Assembly: GCA_964459385.1 (NCBI GenBank)
Contig: CAYWLG010000010.1
Location: 2,365 to 66,364, forward strand
Source: an uncultured Anaerolinea sp.
GTDB taxonomy: Bacteria > Chloroflexota > Anaerolineae > Anaerolineales > Anaerolineaceae
Direction of reading: 5' to 3'
DNA length: 64,000 bases
The position numbers were made by a program, and so were the translations under genes. Numbering within the stretch: position 1 is the stretch's first letter; every line of letters begins with the position of its first letter. This document shows positions 1 through 6,916 of this stretch, piece after piece. The notes beneath the pieces were generated by a model that worked only from the letters and a program-made list of their open reading frames with translations, was not told the DNA's origin and did no database searches.

Positions 1-1056
1 CGTGAGATCGGTCATGGGGCGTTGGCTGAACGCGCTTTGCTGCCCGTGATCCCATCAGAAAAAGAATTCCCTTACACGCTGCGTCTGGTCTCAGAGGTGC
101 TTTCTTCAAACGGTTCCTCTTCAATGGCCTCCGTTTGCGGTTCGACCCTGGCCCTCATGGATACGGGTGTGCCCATCAAGGCCCCGGTTGCCGGTGTGGC
201 AATGGGCTTGATCAAGGAAGATGAAAATTTTGTGGTTCTGACCGACATTCAGGGCGCCGAAGATCACCTGGGCGATATGGATTTCAAAGTGGCCGGTACC
301 ACTGAAGGTATCACCGCTTTGCAGATGGATATCAAGATCAAGGGCATCACCCCTGAGATCATGCGTCAGGCTTTGAGCCAGGCACATGAGGCCCGCATGT
401 TCATCCTCAACAAGATGCTTGAGGTGATCCCTGTGCCTCGTCCTGAGCTGAAGAGCTTTGTGCCACGCATCACCATCGTTCAGGTGCCAGTTGATAAAAT
501 TGGCGCGATCATCGGCCCCGGTGGCAAGAACATCCGTTCATTACAGGAAGAAACCGGTACCAAGATCGATATCGATGATGACGGAACCGTCTATATTGCA
601 GCCACCAACAGCGAAGCCGAAATGGCTGCCCGTGAGCGCATTGAAGGCCTCACTGAAACACCACAGGTGGGTCGCATTTACACCGGCAAAGTGGTTCGCA
701 TTGCCGACTTCGGCGCTTTCGTGCAGATTCTGCCCGGCATGGACGGCATGGTTCATATCTCCCAGCTTGACAGCGAACGTGTTGAAAAGGTGGAAGATGT
801 GGTTAACATGGGCGATGAGCTGACCGTGATGGTCACTGCCATCGATGAGAATGGCAAGATTCGCCTTTCCCGCCAGGCCGTGCTTGAAGGTTGGACGGTA
901 GAAGAAGCCCTCGAACATGATAAGGGCGGCAAGAGCGGCGGCGGCAGACCACGCAGCGGTGGAGATCGCCGGGGTGGAGATCATCGTGGTGGTGGAGATC
1001 GCCGCGGTGGCTATAACCGTGGTGGTGGCGATCGCGGAAGCAGTTCTCGCCATTAA
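1..1056 (+). CDS. pnp: Polyribonucleotide nucleotidyltransferase (PNPase), C-terminal ~350 aa; the gene starts upstream of the window
   Basis: Frame 1 is open from base 1 ([13 protein letters not shown], second RNase PH domain). KH ([23 protein letters not shown]) and S1 ([33 protein letters not shown]) domains follow, then a Gly/Arg-rich tail. Confidence 0.95.
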   Translation, partial: REIGHGALAERALLPVIPSEKEFPYTLRLVSEVLSSNGSSSMASVCGSTLALMDTGVPIKAPVAGVAMGLIKEDENFVVLTDIQGAEDHLGDMDFKVAGTTEGITALQMDIKIKGITPEIMRQALSQAHEARMFILNKMLEVIPVPRPELKSFVPRITIVQVPVDKIGAIIGPGGKNIRSLQEETGTKIDIDDDGTVYIAATNSEAEMAARERIEGLTETPQVGRIYTGKVVRIADFGAFVQILPGMDGMVHISQLDSERVEKVEDVVNMGDELTVMVTAIDENGKIRLSRQAVLEGWTVEEALEHDKGGKSGGGRPRSGGDRRGGDHRGGGDRRGGYNRGGGDRGSSSRH

Positions 1057-1072
1057 TTAAAATGCGTAATGA

Positions 1073-1108
1073 AGAGCTGGCCTAAAAAATGGGTCAGCTC
1101 TTTTTGTT
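1073..1108 (+). terminator. Rho-independent terminator of pnp
   Basis: Stem agagctg (1073-1079) pairs with cagctct (1095-1101), followed by ttttgtttg. Confidence 0.6.
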
Positions 1109-1162
1109 TGTGGTGACGGGCTGCGTCGCTATAGAAAGCTCTTGATGTGCCTACTGAAAAAA

Positions 1163-1218
1163 ATTTCAATTGAAATCGGATTTATCGTTTATAATTGAAC
1201 CGTTATTTGGTTCACAAT
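1163..1218. promoter_or_regulatory. Candidate operator/promoter region upstream of rex
   Basis: Perfect 14-bp palindrome ATTTCAATTGAAAT (1163-1176) and TATAAT (1188-1193). Inverted repeat TTGAACC-N7-GGTTCAC (1195-1215) whose right arm contains TTCACAA, a match to the Rex-box half-site. The left half-site is poor. Confidence 0.25.
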
Positions 1219-1305
1219 AGCACAAATTGCTCGCAAGACGAATAAATGTGGGTGATTGTAGTCTTTTTCCTTTATTGTTAAAAAATCTGTTCACTGAGGT
1301 AGACC

Positions 1306-2010
1306 ATGAAATCTATCGGCATTCCCATCCCAACACTCAGAAGACTACCACTTTACTATCAGCAGTTGCTGGATGCCTCACGCCAGGGGAAGAACTTCAT
1401 CTCGTCCGTTGAGTTAGGCAAGGCAACCGGTTCTGCTCCAGAGCAGGTGCGCAAAGACCTGAGTTTTTTGGCCGGGCAGGGAAAAAGCCGTGTGGGGTAC
1501 GAAACAAAAAAACTGGCTGGCATCATTGAAGACTATTTAGGTTTGCAGAACAATAAAAAAGCCGTGCTCGTTGGGGCAGGGAACCTGGGACGTGCACTGG
1601 CCCTCTACCCCGGTTTTGCCCAGTTTGGACTAAAAATCGTCGCTTTGTACGACAATGATTCCTCAAAGATTGGTCAAATGGTAGGAAATTTGCAGGTGAT
1701 GTCGGTGGAAAGGATGCCCGATCATCTTGAAAAGAACCACACCTGCATTGGCATCATCACAACCTCCCCTGGCGGAGCGCAGGAAGTCGCCGAAACGATG
1801 GTGAACAGCGGCATCCGGGCCATTTGGAATTTTTCCACGGTGCACTTGCATGTTCCCGAAGAGGTGATGGTTCGTAATGTTGATCTCTCGCTTGAGTTGG
1901 CCGTGATCTCGCACTACATCAGTTCGCTGGGTCTGCACAAGAACATCATTCCAGACCGCGATTTGGACGAAAGTTTGTCAGTTGGCTTTTGGGAGAACGA
2001 AAGCAAGTAG
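1306..2010 (+). CDS. rex: Redox-sensing transcriptional repressor Rex
   Basis: N-terminal IPIPTLRRLPLYYQQL winged-helix signature and the Rossmann motif VLVGAGNLGRALA; length is typical for Rex. Confidence 0.9.
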   Translation: MKSIGIPIPTLRRLPLYYQQLLDASRQGKNFISSVELGKATGSAPEQVRKDLSFLAGQGKSRVGYETKKLAGIIEDYLGLQNNKKAVLVGAGNLGRALALYPGFAQFGLKIVALYDNDSSKIGQMVGNLQVMSVERMPDHLEKNHTCIGIITTSPGGAQEVAETMVNSGIRAIWNFSTVHLHVPEEVMVRNVDLSLELAVISHYISSLGLHKNIIPDRDLDESLSVGFWENESK

Positions 2011-2036
2011 ATTGTTATAGACAAAGACACAGAATA

Positions 2037-2069
2037 GAAAAGACGGCGCTTTAAGCGCCGTCTTTTTTG
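2037..2069. terminator. Bidirectional terminator between convergent rex and murE
   Basis: aaaagacggcgc / tttaa / gcgccgtctttttt: 9-bp GC stem (2041-2049 / 2055-2063) flanked by an A-run and a T-run. The right arm also encodes the last residues of MurE. Confidence 0.8.
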
Positions 2070-3625
2070 CTCGTAGGCAGTTCAGGCATTTCAGGCCCGG
2101 GCACGTTGAGCAGCCTGGCCAGGGCGGCGCGCATGGCGGTGCGGTCATCCCAGGGGTATTCGGTCTCTTCAAAACACATTGACTGTTCATGCCCTTTGCC
2201 GCAGGCGATCACCAGATCACCCGGCTGGGCCATTTGCACGGCTCGAAAAATGGCGCTGCCACGATCCGGCTCGCGGATGAAATTTTCCTCTTCAACGCCA
2301 CCGTCTTTGATAGCCGCCTGAGCCATTTCATCGAGAATGCCATCCAGCGATTCGGTGCGTGGGTCTTCAGCGGTCAGGATGGTCATATCGGCCAGTTTGA
2401 CCGATTCAGCAGCCATCATTTTGCGCTTTTCTACATCACGCAGGCCGGCAGAACCGAACACGGCGATCACTTTACCTTTCACCATCGGTCGGGCAGCCTC
2501 AAGAGCCACTTTAAGTGCATTGGGGGTGTGGGCAAAATCGACAATGGCTTTGAAAGGCTGGCCCATGTCGATCTTTTCCATGCGGCCCGGCACCCCACTG
2601 AAACTGGCGATGCTGCCGGCAGCAGTGGCAAGATCGATCCCCAGAGCGCACACGGTGGCCCCCAGCGCAGCCAGACAGTTGGAAACGTTGAAGAGCCCCG
2701 GCATGGGACAATGAACCGGCTGAGATTCGCCCTGCCAGATCGCGATGAAATCAATAGAATCAGGCGCTGCCTGTATATCTGTGGCGGTTAAATCCCCCTT
2801 CCCCTGGGTGCTGTAAGAAACAAAGTTTGCCTCAACCAGCGGTTTCAACCCAGCATAAGAACGATCGTCGGCATTAAGGACGGTAAAGCGGGGATTGCCC
2901 TGGGGTTTGAAGTGGGTTTTTTGCAGATGTTTGATCAACTGAGCTTTGGTGGATAGATAGTTCTCGTAAGAACCATGATAATCGAGGTGTTCGTGGGTCA
3001 CGTTCGTGTATGCGGCCACATCATATTCACAGCCGGTCACGCGGTGCTGGGCCAGACCGTGAGAGGTGGTTTCGAGCACCACGTGGGTCATCCCCACCTC
3101 CACCATGTGCGCCAAATATTGCTGCACCTGCGGGGACTCGGGTGTGGTCACATGAAAGCCGGTGTCGATCACTTCATCACCGATCATGGCATTGACCGTC
3201 GAAATGAGCCCCACCTTTTTATCGGCTGCCTTGAGGATGTGAAAGATCAGATTGGAGGTGGTGGTCTTGCCATCTGTGCCGGTGACACCAATGACCGTCA
3301 TTTTGCGGCCGGGAAAATCATAGAGAGAAGCGGCCAGGTAAGCCATCGCTTCGCGCGAATCTTCCACTTGCAAATAAGGGACATTTAAAGAATCGTAGGG
3401 ATGAGTGCCCACCACGGCAACCGCGCCATTTTTGACCGCGGCGGGAATGTAGTTGTGACCATCGGTGTTGCCGCCCACCAGACAGATGAAAAGATCACCT
3501 GGTTTGACTGTGCGTGAATCGAGGGCGATGCCTTTCACGACCACATCCACAATATTCCCCTCGCTGATGCAGCCGATAGGCAGTTCTTCGATCAGAGAAA
3601 TGAGCTTCTTTTGATAAATTCTCAT
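2051..3625 (-). CDS. murE: UDP-N-acetylmuramoyl-L-alanyl-D-glutamate--2,6-diaminopimelate ligase (MurE)
   Basis: Mur ligase P-loop GVTGTDGKTTT and C-terminal TAEDPRTE (DNPR-like) motif. I place the start at ATG 3625 (MRIYQKK); the longer track ORF start (3661) lies inside an upstream hairpin. Confidence 0.9.
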   Translation of the reverse strand: MRIYQKKLISLIEELPIGCISEGNIVDVVVKGIALDSRTVKPGDLFICLVGGNTDGHNYIPAAVKNGAVAVVGTHPYDSLNVPYLQVEDSREAMAYLAASLYDFPGRKMTVIGVTGTDGKTTTSNLIFHILKAADKKVGLISTVNAMIGDEVIDTGFHVTTPESPQVQQYLAHMVEVGMTHVVLETTSHGLAQHRVTGCEYDVAAYTNVTHEHLDYHGSYENYLSTKAQLIKHLQKTHFKPQGNPRFTVLNADDRSYAGLKPLVEANFVSYSTQGKGDLTATDIQAAPDSIDFIAIWQGESQPVHCPMPGLFNVSNCLAALGATVCALGIDLATAAGSIASFSGVPGRMEKIDMGQPFKAIVDFAHTPNALKVALEAARPMVKGKVIAVFGSAGLRDVEKRKMMAAESVKLADMTILTAEDPRTESLDGILDEMAQAAIKDGGVEEENFIREPDRGSAIFRAVQMAQPGDLVIACGKGHEQSMCFEETEYPWDDRTAMRAALARLLNVPGPEMPELPTSKKDGA

Positions 3626-3650
3626 AAGTCCTATTCTACGATTAAATATT

Positions 3651-3688
3651 AAGAGGGCCAAGAGAATCTCTATCCCCTTGGCCCTCTT
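3651..3688 (-). terminator. Hairpin between the atp F0 genes and murE (possible terminator/attenuator)
   Basis: 12-bp stem aagagggccaag (3651-3662) / cttggccctctt (3677-3688). On the minus strand it is followed only by a weak aatattt tract. Confidence 0.45.
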
Positions 3689-3699
3689 AAAAATCGGGT

Positions 3700-4437
3700 T
3701 TATTGCAAAGATTGTTGCAAGGCTTGTAATTGACCGGCGACTGAACCATCTACCATGCGATCACCTACACGGATGATCAGACCACCCAAAATGCCCGGGT
3801 TGACTTTGAAAGAAACGTCGGCATGGCTGCCTAATTTGGCCAGAATATCTTTTTTGACGGTGGCCTGCTCGGCTTCGGTGAGGGGCAGGGCACTGGTCAC
3901 TTCGGCCGCATCACCGGCAACATCGCTCTTTTCAAGTACAACCACTTTGCCGCTTTTGACACCGGAGAAGAATTCATCCACCAAAGCGTGCTGGCGTTTC
4001 TCATCCAATGCTTCACCGATCAACTTTTGGGCGGCGGCAATGGCCAGCGTGGCAACCTGTCCGCGCAGATCGCTCAAGAGGCGGTCACGTTCGACAGAAA
4101 TTTCGGCCATAGCGGCTTCACGGGCTTTGGCAACCTCGGCTTCGCTGGAGGCTTTGATCTCACGGTTGGCCAGTTCGGCCTTTTCGGTGGCTTCACGGAT
4201 CATTTGACCGGTCTTGGCCTGTGCCTCGGTAATAATGGCTGCGGCATCTTTTTCGGCGTTTTCACGCGCTTCGGCTGCAACACGGGCGTCTTCAAGACCT
4301 TTTTCGATCAATTCTTGACGCTTCTGCATCATGTTCATAAGAGGCTTATAGACCCAGGCACGCAACACCACCATGATGATGGCGAAGTTGAGGATCTGAA
4401 CAATTAAGTATCCAAGATTAATACCAAGTTTTTCCAA
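3700..4437 (-). CDS. atpF: ATP synthase F0 subunit b with a C-terminal segment resembling the C-terminal domain of subunit delta
   Basis: N-terminal TM helix (LGYLIVQILNFAIIMVVL) plus a long Ala/Glu/Lys coiled coil typical of b. The last ~75 aa (AEVTSALPLTEAEQ...GGLIIRVGDRMVDGSVAGQLQALQ) match the delta/OSCP C-terminal signature. Confidence 0.85.
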   Translation of the reverse strand: MEKLGINLGYLIVQILNFAIIMVVLRAWVYKPLMNMMQKRQELIEKGLEDARVAAEARENAEKDAAAIITEAQAKTGQMIREATEKAELANREIKASSEAEVAKAREAAMAEISVERDRLLSDLRGQVATLAIAAAQKLIGEALDEKRQHALVDEFFSGVKSGKVVVLEKSDVAGDAAEVTSALPLTEAEQATVKKDILAKLGSHADVSFKVNPGILGGLIIRVGDRMVDGSVAGQLQALQQSLQ

Positions 4438-4460
4438 GGTGAACTCCTATATCTTGAAGA

Positions 4461-4697
4461 CTAAAGGACGAAGAGCATCAAGAATGCGATCACCAGACAA
4501 TAAATGGCGATAGCTTCTGAGAACGCGATACCCAAAATCATGTTGGTGAAGAGGTTACCATAAGTATCTGGGTTGCGAGCCATACCGGTAAGGGCGCCCT
4601 GAACGCTCAGACCAATGCCGACACCAGCACCGGCAGCGCCGATCATTGCCAGGCCAGCGCCGATAAATTTTGCAGCCATAATAATATCACCAGTCAT
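4461..4697 (-). CDS. atpE: ATP synthase F0 subunit c
   Basis: 78-aa two-helix hairpin with the loop GMARNPD and the ion-binding Glu in GIAFSEAIAIY. Confidence 0.95.
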   Translation of the reverse strand: MTGDIIMAAKFIGAGLAMIGAAGAGVGIGLSVQGALTGMARNPDTYGNLFTNMILGIAFSEAIAIYCLVIAFLMLFVL

Positions 4698-4736
4698 TTT
4701 TTTACTAAGCCTCCTGTACTTGTGATGCGAAGATTT

Positions 4737-5705
4737 CTAACCGTGAGCTTCTTCAGAATGACCCTGAGTTGCCTGGGCCATAAAGACTAATGTCAACATA
4801 CCAAACACGAACGCCTGAATGGCGCCAATGAACAATTCAAATACCATGATCATGGAAGGTACAAAGACCGGGATCATGGCGCCTACCAGCGCCATCAAAA
4901 CCATGCCGGCGAACATATTGCCAAACAAACGGAAAGTAAACGATAAGATCTTTGATAATTCTGAGATGATCTCAAGCAAACCGACAATGAAATCCATGAA
5001 CCCCAGCAGGGGAACCTTGAACATCGTGGTGAAATTGAGAAACTTTGAGAAGTAACGAATTCCCTGTGACTGCACGCCAATTACCTGGGTCATAAACACA
5101 GCGATCAAGGCGAGGGCCAGAGTAAAGTTAAGATCGGTGGAAAGACCGCGGATGAAGGGCGAGATGGTGTAGGTTTCTCCGCTGGTGATGGAGGGGTCAA
5201 GCTTGAACCATTCCCCGCCGATGGCCTGAATGCCAACGCCTTTGGCACTTTCTTCAACATACCCAATGCTCTCAAAGCCCGGCAGCAACTTCAGCAGGTT
5301 GGCGAATAAGACTAAGATCAAAATGGTGGCGAACCAGGGGAAGATCTTCTTTGCCCATTTGCCGGCGGTGGTTTCGGTGAGCTTATATAAGGCGTCCACA
5401 GCGAATTCCATCATGCCGGCAATGCCTTTGGGGGCCAGATTGCTCGAACGGGTAGCTTGGCGCACGGCAAAAGCGATCAGGATGATCAACACATCCATGA
5501 CCAGCATGGCGATCATCGTGTTGGTCAAATAAAAATCGCCCAGCACCGGGATGGTAAACAACGGATGGTGAGAGACATTTTCAGCGGCAACCTGGATGTG
5601 CGGCTGCACGGGGGTAGCAATTTTTGTCCCGATGATGCTGAGAATGATCAAGCCGAGTACGATCCAGCGATTTACCCCCCAGCGCCATTTATGCGTCTTT
5701 TCCAA
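4737..5705 (-). CDS. atpB: ATP synthase F0 subunit a
   Basis: Polytopic membrane protein with the conserved C-terminal LSFTFRLFGNMFAGMV motif (essential Arg). Confidence 0.95.
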   Translation of the reverse strand: MEKTHKWRWGVNRWIVLGLIILSIIGTKIATPVQPHIQVAAENVSHHPLFTIPVLGDFYLTNTMIAMLVMDVLIILIAFAVRQATRSSNLAPKGIAGMMEFAVDALYKLTETTAGKWAKKIFPWFATILILVLFANLLKLLPGFESIGYVEESAKGVGIQAIGGEWFKLDPSITSGETYTISPFIRGLSTDLNFTLALALIAVFMTQVIGVQSQGIRYFSKFLNFTTMFKVPLLGFMDFIVGLLEIISELSKILSFTFRLFGNMFAGMVLMALVGAMIPVFVPSMIMVFELFIGAIQAFVFGMLTLVFMAQATQGHSEEAHG

Positions 5706-5991
5706 TAGTACCCTCCTCGTTCTTCTGGTTGGCTTGCTGGTCGGCTTTCATGCGGGCGGTGGCTTTTCTTGCTACGAAGAACATCGTCACCAGCGAAATG
5801 GGTATGCTGACTACCAGTAAACCTGCTGTAAACCAGGGTTTTGTTCCAAATTTTGCATCCAGTGCCAGCCCGCCCAACACAGCGGCCAAAATAATGACCA
5901 TCGTCAGGCAGCCCACCTGCCCCACCAAACCTACCAGCAGAAGATTAAGTGAAGGCTTCTGTTCGGGTTTTTGATCACCGGATTCGTTCAT
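5689..5991 (-). CDS. AtpZ/AtpI-like small membrane protein at the head of the F0 cluster
   Basis: 100 aa with two TM helices. It sits immediately upstream of atpB and overlaps it by 17 nt. Confidence 0.6.
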   Translation of the reverse strand: MNESGDQKPEQKPSLNLLLVGLVGQVGCLTMVIILAAVLGGLALDAKFGTKPWFTAGLLVVSIPISLVTMFFVARKATARMKADQQANQKNEEGTIGKDA

Positions 5992-5999
5992 GAGACCTG

Positions 6000-6008
6000 A
6001 TTATAACA
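6000..6008 (-). promoter_or_regulatory. Extended -10 promoter element (TGtTATAAT) for the atp F0 cluster
   Basis: The minus strand reads TGTTATAAT. Only 8 nt separate the hexamer from the ATG at 5991, implying a leaderless or near-leaderless transcript. Confidence 0.4.
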
Positions 6009-6148
6009 TTTGCAAAAACATCGGTCAATAAAACCTTGCTCACCTTGGAAATTTTTTAAAACGCAAGGATTCCTGTCCTTCTTGCAAGGCTGTTTTGTGT
6101 TTTCTTGCTACAATTATTTTACATGAATCCAGTTTCAGGGAGTTGAAG

Positions 6149-6772
6149 ATGAATCAACCAGAGCTCACACAGCAGGCATTATCGATCTTGCGAAACGGGG
6201 CAAACTTTCAGTGGTATGTGATTCCCCTGTTGGCGGGTGTGTTGTACATGTATGCCAACGAATACACCAAGAAGAATTTCAAGGTCATCGCCGCCGGGTT
6301 GGCCCTTTATGGCGTGCATTGGTTCTACGAAATTCTCAATGCCCTCATCCAGCATTTCAGCGGGCACGCTTTATGGACCGTTCCCACCGGCACTGCCTTT
6401 CTGCTGCTCATTGGGGTGGGGGTGGAGTTGAGCTTGATGTTCGCCGTGGCCGGGCTGACCATGGCGAAATTCTTGCCCGCAGACCCCAAAATGAAGATTC
6501 TGGGCATCAACAACCGGGTGTTCTTTGCCGTTGCCAATGCAGCCTTTTTCTCGATCTTTGAAATTTTCCTGGCAAAAACACCGGCGTTTCACTGGGTGTA
6601 TCCCTGGTGGGGCGCCTTGCCGGTGTTCATCACAGTTTACATTCCTTTCTTTTTGGCCGCATTCTTCTGCCATGACTGGAAACCGCAGACGCAGAAGAAG
6701 TTTTTGGCCTGGGTGTGGGGAGTGGATGTGGCGGTGCTGGTGGTATTTGCCGGCATCTTACATTGGATTTGA
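6149..6772 (+). CDS. Integral membrane protein of unknown function
   Basis: Several hydrophobic helices. ATG 6149 is preceded by GGGAG; the longer track start (6095) has no RBS. Confidence 0.6.
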   Translation: MNQPELTQQALSILRNGANFQWYVIPLLAGVLYMYANEYTKKNFKVIAAGLALYGVHWFYEILNALIQHFSGHALWTVPTGTAFLLLIGVGVELSLMFAVAGLTMAKFLPADPKMKILGINNRVFFAVANAAFFSIFEIFLAKTPAFHWVYPWWGALPVFITVYIPFFLAAFFCHDWKPQTQKKFLAWVWGVDVAVLVVFAGILHWI

Positions 6773-6796
6773 GTTCTCCGCTTTTGAACGCAATTG

Positions 6797-6825
6797 GGAG
6801 CGCCCTAATTAAGGCGCTCCTTTTT
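6797..6825 (+). terminator. Rho-independent terminator
   Basis: ggagcgcc (6797-6804) / ggcgctcc (6813-6820) followed by ttttt. Confidence 0.75.
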
Positions 6826-6916
6826 GGTTAAGTTCATGGCGCGAATGGCGTTTAATTAAGTTATAATAAGTTGAACAAATATTCTATATCAATTAATTGT
6901 GTTTATAGGTTGAATT

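Noticed and set aside
3626-3661. N-terminal extensions of track ORFs, including murE to 3661, MFS to 39273, SBP to 34111, OXA-like to 27530, plsY to 23289, SDR to 47571 and lipoprotein to 48492
   Set aside because: The extensions start at non-ATG or unsupported codons and run through hairpins or intergenic promoters. They would also bury signal peptides. Internal ATG/TTG starts with Shine-Dalgarno sequences give canonical N-termini.
4461-4697. Possible Na+-binding signature in the ATP synthase c subunit
   Set aside because: When aligned on the conserved Glu (AFSEAIAIY), the Ser/Thr that follows Glu in Na+-translocating c subunits is Ala/Ile here. The helix-1 Gln is also not at the equivalent position. 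A proton-coupled enzyme is more likely.
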